Shown here one piece after another: positions 1 to 10,600 of a DNA stretch of 59,030 bases. Under the pieces are notes generated by a model that worked only from the letters and a program-made list of their open reading frames with translations, made no database searches and was not told where the DNA came from. How positions within the stretch are numbered: the stretch's first letter is position 1; every line of letters starts with the position of its first letter. The stretch comes from a virus (lineage: Duplodnaviria; Caudoviricetes). Location of the stretch: positions 1 to 59,030 of the IMG/VR virus record IMGVR_UViG_3300030406_002145; one strand, given 5' to 3'. The translations under genes and the position numbers were made by a program.

Positions 1-151
1 AAAGAAATACTTAATCTACTAAAAGATGATGAGCAATATTATAGTGGGGTAGGTAAAAACTATTTATCTAACTCTGACATAAGTGCATTGCTCAAAAACC
101 CAAAGATGTTTGGTAAAGAGCAACCTGATAATATAAACTTTATCAAAGGTA
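1..151. repeat. Terminal direct repeat, copy 1 (circular assembly overlap)
   Basis: Matches 58880-59030 except C78/T58957 and T129/C59008. Confidence 0.97.
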
Positions 152-723
152 GATTGTTTCATCAACTTATATTAGAGCCAAACAAGGCTAAGCATATCAA
201 CTGCATAGATGTCAACTCAAGAAACACAAAAGCATACAAAGAGTATAGCAATGGTAGTATAGTGCTACTACAAAAAGAAGTGGATGAGATGATTAACCTA
301 ACCTCTACCATGTTAGAAAATTTAGATTTCTTTGAGATGATAAGAGAGCAAGGTAACAAGTATGAAGTGCCTGCTATAAAAGAAATCAAGGGAGAGATGT
401 GGAAAGGGAAGGCAGACATTGTCAATGAGCATGTGCTTATAGATTTAAAAACCACAAGTGATATTAATAAATTTAAATGGTCGGCTAAAGAATACAACTA
501 CGATAGCCAAGCATATATATACCAACAACTATTTGGTAAGCCTTTAATCTTCCTCGTTATAGACAAGGGTACACAAGCATTGGGAATGTTTGAACCTACT
601 CAAGAGTTTATAGAGAGGGGAGAGAGAAAGGTAGAACTCGCAATAGAGGTTTATAGAACTTTCTTTGGAGACAGTCCAAGAGAAGATATAGACACCTATT
701 ACATTAATGAACAATTAACTTAA
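1..723 (+). CDS. RecE/exonuclease VIII-like PD-(D/E)XK exonuclease; true start at 58871 across the circular junction
   Basis: Motifs LSNSDI, KGKADI, LIDLKTT, YDSQAYIY; frame open from base 1; lies near the SSAP and SSB genes. Confidence 0.82.
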   Translation, partial: KEILNLLKDDEQYYSGVGKNYLSNSDISALLKNPKMFGKEQPDNINFIKGRLFHQLILEPNKAKHINCIDVNSRNTKAYKEYSNGSIVLLQKEVDEMINLTSTMLENLDFFEMIREQGNKYEVPAIKEIKGEMWKGKADIVNEHVLIDLKTTSDINKFKWSAKEYNYDSQAYIYQQLFGKPLIFLVIDKGTQALGMFEPTQEFIERGERKVELAIEVYRTFFGDSPREDIDTYYINEQLT

Positions 724-743
724 TTACAATTAAAATAAATACT

Positions 744-1010
744 ATGGAAAAAGAAAAAGTATTTGCAGATGGATTCTCATTTAAAAGAAGAGAGAATGCA
801 CCTGAGTTTGTGGTAGGCAGACTGTCTATCAAAGTCGAGGATGCCTTAGCATTCTTAAAAGATAATGCATCCAACGGATGGGTTAACATCAACATCAATC
901 AAGCAAGGAGTGGTAATCACTACTGCGAGTTAGATACATGGAAACCTAATACGGATGCTCAATCAAAAACTGAATCAGTAAAAGAAGAAAAGGAAGAACT
1001 TCCTTTCTAA
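744..1010 (+). CDS. Single-stranded DNA-binding protein
   Basis: Small beta-rich protein with acidic tail ending EELPF; sits between exonuclease and primase. Confidence 0.7.
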   Translation: MEKEKVFADGFSFKRRENAPEFVVGRLSIKVEDALAFLKDNASNGWVNININQARSGNHYCELDTWKPNTDAQSKTESVKEEKEELPF

Positions 1011-1027
1011 TACATTGATTCAGAATC

Positions 1028-1060
1028 AAGGGAGGTTTGTCATATGCCTCCCTTTTTTTT
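1028..1060 (+). terminator. Intrinsic terminator
   Basis: GGGAGG...CCTCCC stem followed by T8. Confidence 0.8.
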
Positions 1061-1062
1061 GA

Positions 1063-1220
1063 TGTCGTCTGTGTCGATTTTAGTGTACACCTATACACTT
1101 TATATTATTTACTTGACCTATTTTATTTACTGTATATATTTTGACTTTAAAATTGACATTTTCGACACTACTACTGATAATCAGTAAGTTATAAAATTAA
1201 AAACGACATAAAAACGACAC
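1063..1220. promoter_or_regulatory. Origin-like element A (TGTCG/CGACA repeats, AT-rich core, IHF-like site)
   Basis: TGTCG at 1063 and 1072; YGACA at 1154, 1163, 1204, 1215; AATCAGtaagTTA at 1179-1191; directly upstream of primase-helicase. Confidence 0.6.
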
Positions 1221-1224
1221 ACTA

Positions 1225-3642
1225 ATGACACAAGAAATAACAATATTTAAGAACATAATGGAAACATCTACACCATTTTACAGAGAGGTAGGTGTAGTGC
1301 TACATAGAATAAAAGAAGGAGCTTCTAAGGAGCTAGTAAAAAGAATTAGATTAGAGAAAGATAAATCTAAAAGAAACGAGATAAAAAAAGATTTACCCGC
1401 CGTCTGTTTCTCAGGTAAGTTTAATAAAAGAAATGACAACTCTCTTCAAGAGCATTCTGGTTTGATATGTTTAGACTTTGACGGCTACCCCAAAACCAAG
1501 TTACTACTTGAAGACAAAGAGACATTTACAAAAGATAAGTTTGTGTTCTCAGTATTTATTAGCCCATCGGGAAAGGGCTTGAAAGTGCTTGTGAAAATAC
1601 CACAAGATGCAGACAATCATTCTAACTATTTCAATTCTTTACAGAATCATTTTGATTCTCAATACTTTGACAAGACATGCAAAAACCTAAGCAGAGTGTG
1701 TTACGAAAGTTATGACCCATTAATATATATAAATGAAACATCATCAGTATGGGATGTCATTGAAGATGTGGAGTATACCGAAGTCAATGTACACCGAGAC
1801 CCACCTACCATACCTATCACGGATGAAAATAAAATTGTAGAGATACTTGTAAAGTGGTGGAACAAAAAGTATCCTATGGTCGAAGGACAAAGAAATCAAA
1901 ATGTGTATGTTCTTGCTATGGCATTTAATGACTATGGAATAAATAAAAGTTTAGCATCATATGTTATGAACAACTATGCTACTAATGATTTTAATATCAG
2001 TGAGATACAGAGAACCATAGAGAGTGCTTACTCACACACACAAAACTTTGGAACTAAATACTATGAGGATGAGGAAGTGGTAAACTCAATCAAAGCAAAG
2101 CTAAGGAGAGGGGTTACCAAGAAAGAGATAAAAAGAAACCTTGAAGAAACAAGTGTGGATGAGTCTACTATTGACGCAGTGCTAAGCAGAGCAGAGGAAG
2201 AAAACTCTATCACACAATTTTGGAGTAAGAACGAGAAGGGTGTGATAAAGATTGTACATATATTATTCAAGCATTTCTTAGAAGACAATGGATTCTACAA
2301 GTACTGTCCTGAGGGTAGTAAGAACTATGTCTTTGTTAGGGTTACTAACAACCTCATAGACCACACATCAGAGAAAGAGATAAAAGACTTTATACTCGAC
2401 CACCTAATACAACTTGATGACACCTCAGTATATAATTACTTTGCAGACCAAACAAGATTATTTAGAGAAGAGTTCTTGACTTTACTATCTACTATTGATA
2501 TTTATTTTATAGCAGATACAAGAGACAGTGCTTACCTGTATTATAAAAATTGTGCAGTTCAGATTACTAAGAACGAGATAAAACCTATTGACTACTTAGA
2601 TTTAGGTGGTTATGTTTGGAAAGACCACATCATTGATAGGAACTTTAAACTATGCACACATGATGATTGCGACTATAAAAAATTTATTAGAAACATTGCG
2701 GGCGAAGGAGACAAGAGGGTAAAGTCTATGGAGAGTACAATAGGATTTATGTTGCATGGACACAAGAATCTTTCTTATTGTCCGGCAGTAATTCTTAATG
2801 ATGAAGTTATATCTGACAATCCTGAGGGTGGTACGGGTAAAGGAATCTTTATGAATGCATTGTCACAGATGAAAAAGGTTGTTACGATAGACGGAAAGTC
2901 ATTTGCTTTTGAAAGGTCATTCGCCTATCAACTTGTGTCTGCCGACACACAGATACTTGTGTTTGATGATGTAAAAAAATACTTTGACTTTGAAAGATTG
3001 TTTAGTGTAGTCACTGAGGGACTTACACTAGAAAAGAAAAACAAGGATGCAATCAAGATACCATTTGCTAAGTCTCCTAAGATAGCTATCACTACTAACT
3101 ATGCTATCAAAGGAGCAGGCAATTCTTTTGAAAGAAGAAAGTGGGAACTTGAACTACACCAACACTACAACAAATCGTTTACTCCTCTCGATGAGTTTGG
3201 TAAGTTGATGTTTGGCGAGTGGGATGATGATGAGTGGTGCAAGTTTGACAACTACATGATTAATTGCTTACAAGAATATTTATCCAAAGGATTGCAAGCA
3301 AGTGAGTTTGTAAACCTAAAGGTAAGACAGTTATCGGCAGAGACCTCTCATGATTTTATTGAGTGGTGTGGATTGATAAAAGGCTCTCAACCAAACACAA
3401 GTCTGACAGTTGATGTCAAAAATTACAAGCATACTTTGTATCTAAATTTTATAGACGAGTATCCTGACTATGCCCCCAAGTCTAAGATGACAATATCCAG
3501 GACAAGATTTTATAAATGGTTAGTATCTTATGCTAAGTTTAAGACAGGTGTTCAACCTGAGGAGGGGAGAGATGCTCAAGGCAGATGGATTAGATTAAGA
3601 AGCAAACAAGAGTTAGAAGTGCAAACAAATTTAGATTTTTAA
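1225..3642 (+). CDS. Primase-helicase (VirE/BT4734-like N-terminus, PriCT-like region, P-loop helicase)
   Basis: CLDFD, SPSGKGLK, GQRN, Walker A GGTGKG, Walker B LVFDD, ITTN. Confidence 0.85.
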   Translation: MTQEITIFKNIMETSTPFYREVGVVLHRIKEGASKELVKRIRLEKDKSKRNEIKKDLPAVCFSGKFNKRNDNSLQEHSGLICLDFDGYPKTKLLLEDKETFTKDKFVFSVFISPSGKGLKVLVKIPQDADNHSNYFNSLQNHFDSQYFDKTCKNLSRVCYESYDPLIYINETSSVWDVIEDVEYTEVNVHRDPPTIPITDENKIVEILVKWWNKKYPMVEGQRNQNVYVLAMAFNDYGINKSLASYVMNNYATNDFNISEIQRTIESAYSHTQNFGTKYYEDEEVVNSIKAKLRRGVTKKEIKRNLEETSVDESTIDAVLSRAEEENSITQFWSKNEKGVIKIVHILFKHFLEDNGFYKYCPEGSKNYVFVRVTNNLIDHTSEKEIKDFILDHLIQLDDTSVYNYFADQTRLFREEFLTLLSTIDIYFIADTRDSAYLYYKNCAVQITKNEIKPIDYLDLGGYVWKDHIIDRNFKLCTHDDCDYKKFIRNIAGEGDKRVKSMESTIGFMLHGHKNLSYCPAVILNDEVISDNPEGGTGKGIFMNALSQMKKVVTIDGKSFAFERSFAYQLVSADTQILVFDDVKKYFDFERLFSVVTEGLTLEKKNKDAIKIPFAKSPKIAITTNYAIKGAGNSFERRKWELELHQHYNKSFTPLDEFGKLMFGEWDDDEWCKFDNYMINCLQEYLSKGLQASEFVNLKVRQLSAETSHDFIEWCGLIKGSQPNTSLTVDVKNYKHTLYLNFIDEYPDYAPKSKMTISRTRFYKWLVSYAKFKTGVQPEEGRDAQGRWIRLRSKQELEVQTNLDF

Positions 3643-3643
3643 A

Positions 3644-3886
3644 ATGGCTCAGAGAAGAAAAGATATGGATGAGTGGGACTTAGACATAGCTATGATGAAC
3701 TCATATAATATTATAGTAAAAGGCTATGACCCATTTGTTATTATCAGTGGTGGAGATGGATGGTTTGCACATGACCCAACGAAAGAACTGAATCCCTTAG
3801 ATGTGGAGTACATACTTTATTACTTTGAGGACAACGAGGATTACGAGAAGTGTATAGAACTAAAAAAAATTATAGATGAACTTTAG
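3644..3886 (+). CDS. Hypothetical protein
   Basis: ORF tightly packed in the operon; C-terminal EDYEKCIELK. Confidence 0.75.
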   Translation: MAQRRKDMDEWDLDIAMMNSYNIIVKGYDPFVIISGGDGWFAHDPTKELNPLDVEYILYYFEDNEDYEKCIELKKIIDEL

Positions 3887-5105
3887 AGATTATCAGTTAG
3901 AGATTATAGACAAAGGCATGGGTTTGATAATGAAACATGGCTTTGTATACTTGGGCATGGAGGTGCGTACGGGAAAGACTCTAACGAGTTTAGGTATAGC
4001 ACAAAAGATGTTTATGAACAATGTTCTGTTCATAACTAAGAAGAAAGCTATCACCTCCATAGAGAAAGATTACAAACTGTTGTCGCCCAAGTTTAAGTTG
4101 ATAGTAATAAACTATGAATCTTTGCACAAGATACCAGACATAAAATGGGATATGATTATATGCGATGAAGCACATAGTTTAGGTGCGTTTCCCAAGCCTA
4201 ACAAAAGAGCAAAGGCAGTAAAAGATATTATATACAAAACTCGTGCCAAGGTCATTCTATTATCAGGTACTCCTACACCTGAATCGTATAGTCAGATATA
4301 CCATCAAGTGTATGGCATTCCCACAAATCCTTTCAAGGATTGTATTAACTTCTATAAGTTCGCACATAAGTATGTAAGGATTAGAGAAAGAAAAATAAAT
4401 GGTCTGTATATAAGAGACTACTCTCAGGGTACAGACAAGATAGTGGACATAATGAAATCCTATACTTTAAACTTCTCACAAAAAGAAGCAGGCTTTAAAA
4501 CCACAATAAAAGAAAAAGTTTTGCATGTAGACATGGATGGACTGACTTACGAGTTAACAAAGAAACTAAAATTAGATAGAGTTATAGAAGGAGAAGAGGA
4601 AGTTGTGTTAGCCGACACCCCCGTCAAACTGATGACAAAACTGCATCAACTATACTCAGGCACAGTAAAGTTCGAGAGCGGTAATTTTATGGTGTTAGAT
4701 TACAGTAAAGCCATATATATAAAAAATAATTTTGCTGATAAAAAGATTGCCATCTTCTATAAGTTTAAGGCTGAGTTAGATGCGTTGCAAATAATATTAC
4801 ATGACAATCTAACTACTGATATCGAAGAGTTTAAAAGCACAGATAAGAATATAGCTTTGCAAATAGTAAGCGGTAGAGAAGGCATATCATTGAAGGAGGC
4901 AGAGCATATAGTCTACTATAATATAGACTTTAGTGCAACAAGTTATTGGCAAAGCAGAGACAGAATGACAACTAAGAATAGACTAAAAAATAGTGTATAT
5001 TGGTTGTTTGCTAGAGGAGGTATTGAAGATGATATATACAAGGCGGTTACAAAGAAGAAAGACTATACTGTAAAACATTTTAAAAAGGATTTACTATCTT
5101 TGTAG
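3876..5105 (+). CDS. Superfamily 2 (SNF2-like) helicase
   Basis: RTGKT, DEAH, SGTP, GREGISL, QSRDR motifs. Confidence 0.9.
   Translation: MNFRDYQLEIIDKGMGLIMKHGFVYLGMEVRTGKTLTSLGIAQKMFMNNVLFITKKKAITSIEKDYKLLSPKFKLIVINYESLHKIPDIKWDMIICDEAHSLGAFPKPNKRAKAVKDIIYKTRAKVILLSGTPTPESYSQIYHQVYGIPTNPFKDCINFYKFAHKYVRIRERKINGLYIRDYSQGTDKIVDIMKSYTLNFSQKEAGFKTTIKEKVLHVDMDGLTYELTKKLKLDRVIEGEEEVVLADTPVKLMTKLHQLYSGTVKFESGNFMVLDYSKAIYIKNNFADKKIAIFYKFKAELDALQIILHDNLTTDIEEFKSTDKNIALQIVSGREGISLKEAEHIVYYNIDFSATSYWQSRDRMTTKNRLKNSVYWLFARGGIEDDIYKAVTKKKDYTVKHFKKDLLSL
5095..5102 (+). promoter_or_regulatory. Bacteroidota -7 promoter element
   Basis: TATCTTTG 5 nt before ATG 5108. Confidence 0.55.
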
Positions 5106-5107
5106 TT

Positions 5108-5347
5108 ATGACTGAACAACAGATACAAGCTAAAAGAATCAAGCAGTTGGAGTCAGAGGGTTACTATGTTATCAAGTTAACAACCACAAATAAAAATGGG
5201 ATACCCGATTTAATAGCAATACCAAAAGATTGTAAAGTATTATTCGTAGAGGTTAAGAAACCTAACGGAAAGTTATCTAAACTACAAGAGTTTAGAATTA
5301 AAGAACTAGAAAAGCATGGAATTAAAACAGAAATATTCAGGGGTTAA
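5108..5347 (+). CDS. VRR-NUC domain nuclease
   Basis: GIPDL, FVEVK, LSKLQ motifs; adjacent to the SF2 helicase. Confidence 0.88.
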   Translation: MTEQQIQAKRIKQLESEGYYVIKLTTTNKNGIPDLIAIPKDCKVLFVEVKKPNGKLSKLQEFRIKELEKHGIKTEIFRG

Positions 5348-5627
5348 AAAGAGATGCCGATTCGATGAGTGGTTCATAGATTTGTTAATGGAGTTGCCAT
5401 ACGATATAGGTATAGATATTATGAAGCAGATAGAAAAAAAGGCAGGAGAACTACCTATAGGAGATTGGTCGCAGATGATAGGCGGTGTGTCGCACGGAGA
5501 GAAGCCATACTTTTTTCAAATAGAATATTTAAAAACAAAAGAAAACGGAGCTATATTTTTTCTGGACATAGAAGAAGTATCAAGCGACGATTATTTAGAT
5601 TATATCAACTTAAATCAAGCACTATGA
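5316..5627 (+). CDS. Hypothetical protein
   Basis: Acidic ORF whose stop overlaps the next start (ATGA). Confidence 0.7.
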   Translation: MELKQKYSGVKKRCRFDEWFIDLLMELPYDIGIDIMKQIEKKAGELPIGDWSQMIGGVSHGEKPYFFQIEYLKTKENGAIFFLDIEEVSSDDYLDYINLNQAL

Positions 5628-6067
5628 CAACATCAGACAAAACTGTAAATTATCTGCAAGAACTTGTAGAAAAAGCCTACAAGCTAGACCTATTAAAAAA
5701 ATGTAGAGAAACCAAATATATTTTAGCACGCATCACTTTTGCACAACTATTAAAGAGCAGAGGGTACGGCAGTTCAGCCATCGGAAGAATACTACATCTA
5801 AATCATGCTACTGTATTGAATTACTTCAATAGCTTTGATTGGTTCTACAAAACAAATGAAAACTTTAGTTCTTACTACCAAGCAATAGAGGAAGAGGCTA
5901 CAAAAACTTATTTAGAAAGAAGTGAATTGAACGAGATTGAGTTAAAAAAAGAACTAATTATGCTTCATAAAGAAAATAAATCATTATATTTGGCTAACAA
6001 AGAATTAAAAAAACAAATAGAAGAGCTTAAACAAAGCAAGGTAATGTACCTTGAAAGCAAGATGTAG
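5624..6067 (+). CDS. DnaA C-terminal (domain IV)-like HTH protein with coiled coil
   Basis: AR...IGRILHLNHATVLN; start moved to ATG 5624 (ATGA coupling). Confidence 0.7.
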   Translation: MTTSDKTVNYLQELVEKAYKLDLLKKCRETKYILARITFAQLLKSRGYGSSAIGRILHLNHATVLNYFNSFDWFYKTNENFSSYYQAIEEEATKTYLERSELNEIELKKELIMLHKENKSLYLANKELKKQIEELKQSKVMYLESKM

Positions 6068-6125
6068 GAACATCAAACAGTTAAGAATAAATATACCCCC
6101 ATGTAAATTTATTATATTCTTGACT

Positions 6126-6320
6126 ATGACTAAAAAAATAAATGCCTTAGAAAAAAATAGGCTATCTCACATAAATCATCTTATGGCAGAGGTTCATGCT
6201 GCCACCACAAATGTATACGAGAGCTTTGTAGATAAAGAGTATGATAAAGCAAAGCAACACACTCAAAGTTTAATCAAGCGTCTCAAAGATGTTATACAAT
6301 CCCTCGAAGATGAAATTTAA
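6126..6320 (+). CDS. Hypothetical helical protein
   Basis: ORF starting MTKKIN; start uncertain. Confidence 0.65.
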   Translation: MTKKINALEKNRLSHINHLMAEVHAATTNVYESFVDKEYDKAKQHTQSLIKRLKDVIQSLEDEI

Positions 6321-7029
6321 TAAAGACTTCAGACCGCGTTTGCAAGGCAACAAAAAAGCGGCATACGATTATTTTACAAAAAAAGAAAGAAGAATCCTTG
6401 TGATAGGAGACATCCATGCACCTTTTGTATTGGATGGATACCTAGAGTTTTGCCAGGATGTTTATGCCAAGCACAACTGCAATCAAGTAATTTTTATAGG
6501 AGACATTTTGGATAACCACTACTCCTCATTCCATCAGACCGACCCGAACGGTATGGGAGGGGGTCAGGAGCTTGAGCATGCTATCAGCATAGTGCAGGAT
6601 TGGTACAAAGCATTTCCGGTGGCAGATGTTCTAATCGGAAACCATGACCGCATCATAATGAGGAAGGCAATAGACTCAGATGTTCCTCAGCAATGGATAA
6701 AAAGTTACAACGAAGTATTAGGAGTAAATTGGAATTGGACAGAAAGAATAGTTTATGATGGTGTTCAGTTCGTCCACGGTGAGGGAGGTACGGCTCGTAC
6801 CAAAGCAAAGAACGATATGATGTCCACCGTGCAGGGTCATATACACACCCAATGTTACACGGAGTGGTTAGTGGGTAGAAACTTTAGAGTGTTTGGAATG
6901 CAGGTGGGATGTGGGATTGACGGCGGCTCATATGCTGCTGCCTATGCTAAACATTTCAAAAAGCAAGCCATTGGATGTGGTGTAATACTTGGCGGTCACA
7001 CCGCAATCAACTGTCTAATGGAGTTGTAG
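6310..7029 (+). CDS. Calcineurin-like metallophosphoesterase
   Basis: GDIH, GDILD, GNHD, HG, GHIH motifs. Confidence 0.9.
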   Translation: MKFNKDFRPRLQGNKKAAYDYFTKKERRILVIGDIHAPFVLDGYLEFCQDVYAKHNCNQVIFIGDILDNHYSSFHQTDPNGMGGGQELEHAISIVQDWYKAFPVADVLIGNHDRIIMRKAIDSDVPQQWIKSYNEVLGVNWNWTERIVYDGVQFVHGEGGTARTKAKNDMMSTVQGHIHTQCYTEWLVGRNFRVFGMQVGCGIDGGSYAAAYAKHFKKQAIGCGVILGGHTAINCLMEL

Positions 7030-7044
7030 TGTACATGTGTACAC
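7029..7044. promoter_or_regulatory. GTGTAC-N4-GTACAC palindrome copy
   Basis: GTGTACatgtGTACAC between two genes. Confidence 0.75.
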
Positions 7045-7056
7045 CAAATAGTTATT

Positions 7057-7470
7057 ATGAGATACGAAACACAAGAAGATAGAGAAAGAGAAAACAAAGC
7101 TATCGAAAAGTTTGTTAGTTTATTCAAAGGCTCTTACAAGAAGCTAGGACATAGCGATATAGACTTTCGTGTATTTGACAAAGACAAAAAGATTATCGCT
7201 TACGCTGAGGTAAAAGGCAAAAGCAGTACACTCAAAGAAGCATTTCCTGTGTATGTAGCCGCCCGTAAACTTGTGAAGTTGTGTGATAAAAGACTAAACC
7301 CTGTTATAATATGGGCATGTGAAGATGGAATTGTTTATGCTAAAGTAACGGAGCTAGTGGGAGAAATAAGATGGGGTGGCAGGAACACTATAAGAGAAGA
7401 AGCGTTTTATGACCAAGAGCTGATGGCTTTCTTTGAGCATAGCAAAGCTTTTAAGTATTTAAAATATTAA
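7057..7470 (+). CDS. Putative PD-(D/E)XK nuclease-like protein
   Basis: DIDF...YAEVKGK motif. Confidence 0.6.
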   Translation: MRYETQEDRERENKAIEKFVSLFKGSYKKLGHSDIDFRVFDKDKKIIAYAEVKGKSSTLKEAFPVYVAARKLVKLCDKRLNPVIIWACEDGIVYAKVTELVGEIRWGGRNTIREEAFYDQELMAFFEHSKAFKYLKY

Positions 7471-7604
7471 ACACCTAGCTTCTTACCTTTTCTTTTTCTT
7501 CTAGGCAATCTAGCATTCTTAGGAGTTTCTTTTTCAAATCTCTTTGCCATCTCAGGTTCATTAGCATACATCCATGCTCGTTGTGCTTTACTTACAAATG
7601 GCAT
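7467..7604 (-). CDS. Small basic protein, 45 aa (not in ORF track)
   Basis: Hand-translated MPFVSKAQRAWMYANEPEMAKRFEKETPKNARLPRRKRKGKKLGV; starts 1 nt after the upstream stop. Confidence 0.75.
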   Translation of the reverse strand: MPFVSKAQRAWMYANEPEMAKRFEKETPKNARLPRRKRKGKKLGV

Positions 7605-7605
7605 A

Positions 7606-10600
7606 CTATCTACTCTCTCTTAGTTGTCGTTCATACTCCCTTCTTTCAAAGGCTTTTCTTTTCTGCTCCTCTTGATATTCTGGAGTCCTTTTCATTAGTT
7701 CCTTTTCTCTTTGTATTTCATTGTAAGCTTCAGGGTCAAGGATTTTTAAATCTCTTAATGGTATCTTCTTTTTCTTCTTTGGTTTCTCAGGCTCTGCAAG
7801 TTGATACTGACTATAGTTAAGAACTCTTGCTATTGCTTCACCTGGCTCAATGTTGGGGTCATCAAGTGCTCCTATGTTATACCAATACTTTAATAGTACA
7901 GGTGCAGGTGATGGACCTAGTGTAGTTGTCTCAGCTAATGCTTCCATTAAAAGTTTCTGGACCTTCTCGTTTTGCTTCACTGCTTTTTTAAATTCCTTTT
8001 CTTCTCTGAGTTTGTCAAGCTGTGTCTTAGCCTTGTCATACTGCTTCCACTTTTTCATAATCCTAGATGATGTTTCTAGTGCACCTAAGGACTTTGGTTG
8101 GAAGTCCCAAGGCTTTCCTTGTATAGCGTCTGCTACACCACTAAACACCTCTCCAAATAAAAAGAATGCATTGAGGTTACCAAGAGCAGCAGCTCTCAGC
8201 AAATCCTCTTCATCACCATCTTTTTTAGGACGAAGTATTCCTGGCAATCCTATTGCTACATATTGGAATAATACAGGCATAGCAAAGTGATACATAAAGA
8301 ATGTTCTTATATTTTCCATTACTGTACCTTTACCTGCCTTTGGGTCTTGAGCCTTAACCTTTCTATATAGGTTTCTAACTGCTTGTATTTCCTTTCTAAG
8401 ATATTGCTTAGGTGTTGTTAGGAACATGTTCATAGCTCTGATGATGGGGTCTGCCGTTTGGAAGTAATCTTTATCCTGTATATCTCCTGACTGCTGTGTT
8501 CTCTTTGTGTCTCTCTCAAACTTCTTTATTGCATTGTCTATGACCTCTTGCTCCGAAGCATTGGGGTTTGCTTTACGATATTGGTCTTTATAGTACATAT
8601 AGTTAGGCATACCTCCAAGCATAATCGCTGACCTATCACCAAACTTAGTAGTAAACATTAAGAAGTCTAGGTAAAACTGTTTGTGTGAGCCTGGCACAAA
8701 GCTTAGCATACCCTCTTCAGTATAACTTTCAATTGTTTGTAATATAGAACTATACTTTCTGTCCTGCATATACACTGAGTTGTCAGTTATTTCTTTCCAA
8801 GTTTTTTTAATCTCACCCAAGTTCTTCATAGAATACTTTGCCCAATTACCTACACCTATGTCATTAGCATATGTAAACATTGATGTTAACTGCTTGAGTG
8901 CAATAACAGGACTAAGTGCTAGACGAGAAACAATAAACACATTATTCATAGCGTTTATAATTTTAGCTTGCATAGGGTTATTAGTTCCTCTGTTTGCTAT
9001 ACGGGTAATAATAGTGTTTATAAGTTTGTTTATATCATCGCCATGTATTGCCTTGATAGCATTCTTAATATCTGTATTAGTAAATATTTTGTTAACTAAT
9101 TTTATTGGCTCAGCATAAGCGGCAAAGTACTCCATATCATTTAGATATGTCATCATAGCATCTGTACCATCTATAATCTGTATAGGACTTGCATTATCTG
9201 TTCTTGTGTGAGTAGACTTTCCTGTAACACTACCACCACCTATAAACTCACCATTCTCTCCAAGCAAGTCTAATGGCTGTATGTCTGTGCCTTCTTTATA
9301 TAATCTACCTGCATAGTTTTGATTCCATGGCAGGTCTGTTCTATAAATCTTTTTATATACTTTGTTGTAGTGGTCATACAGCATAGGATACATTTCATTT
9401 ACCTGCCAATTAGAAAACTCCAGAAGGTCGGGGTAGTCTTTTTTAAGAAGTGCCTCCATTTCATTTATAACTCTTTTGAACTCAGGACCAAACTTAGCTT
9501 TAAAGCTAGGGTGATTCTTGGGGTCTTTAAATTGGTTGACTAAATAATACATCTCGTTAGGAGAAAGCAGCAGTTGAACTTGAGACTCCACAGCCTCCTG
9601 ATACAGTTGTTTGTTTTCAGGACTAGGGTCTTTCTCTACTGCTCTTTTAAATTGGTCAACTTTAGATGTGTATATGTCTGTATAAATTTTTTCTCTGTGC
9701 TTTCTTGATTTCTTTGCCCAATCCTTGCCATAGATTTGCTTCATCTTATTTTTAATCATAGCCTCCATCTTCATTCTTCTTCCCTTATATTCTATCGAAG
9801 CGTCATCTATCCTTTGTGTTACTAGAGTTTGAAGCTCACCACCAAACATTTCTCCTGGCACGGTAGATATTAAATCCATTAAACCATCTAGTGCTTCTGA
9901 CCTGTTAATAAAAGATTGTATTTTTTTACCAACTCTACGCATTGCTCTTGTAAGTGCATTACCCTGCCTCTTTTTTAACTCAGCCTTGTTGTCAAGTATT
10001 TGCTGAATACTACTAATTTTATCTCTAAAATCGGGAGACGATGGGTCTACTGTTTTTCCTGTAATACTTTTATATGCCTTTGCTAAATCTTTTTTGTATA
10101 GCTCATGTGCTGCTTTGACTTCAGCAGCTAGCTCGGTCCTACCAAACTCTATTATATCATTTAAGTTTTTACTAGCATCTGCTAATATCTCAGCTTTGCT
10201 AGGGTTATTGTTTTCTAAAAGCTGAGCCTCTATAAGGTTGATAGCTATCTGTAGGTCTACAAGCTTTGCTACATCTGTGTCTGATAGAGTGGGTTCTTTG
10301 CTGAGTGCATCAATGTCATTTAAAAGTTTTTGCTTAGTGCTGACCAAAGTATCTGCATCTAATTTTTTGCCAAAGCCAATAGCTTTTTTTATGGCATTTA
10401 TTCTTTTTCTTACCTCGTTACTAACCTTTACACCTTTTACTATACCACCCTCTGTTTTTGTAAACTTCTCACTTAGTATGGTGTCTATGTCGTTGTTCAA
10501 AATTTGAACATTCTTTTCTACTACTAGCTCAGCCACTTCGTCAATAACATTGTCAATATTTTTTTGTGTAGCTTTGGTAATCTTATTAACCAATCTTAAA

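Noticed and set aside
1-151. Physical direct terminal repeat of the virion DNA
   Set aside because: Falls mid-gene and is about one read long; better explained as assembly overlap
5369-5623. N-terminal extension of the 232 aa track ORF
   Set aside because: Overlaps 5316..5627 out of frame; ATGA coupling supports a start at 5624
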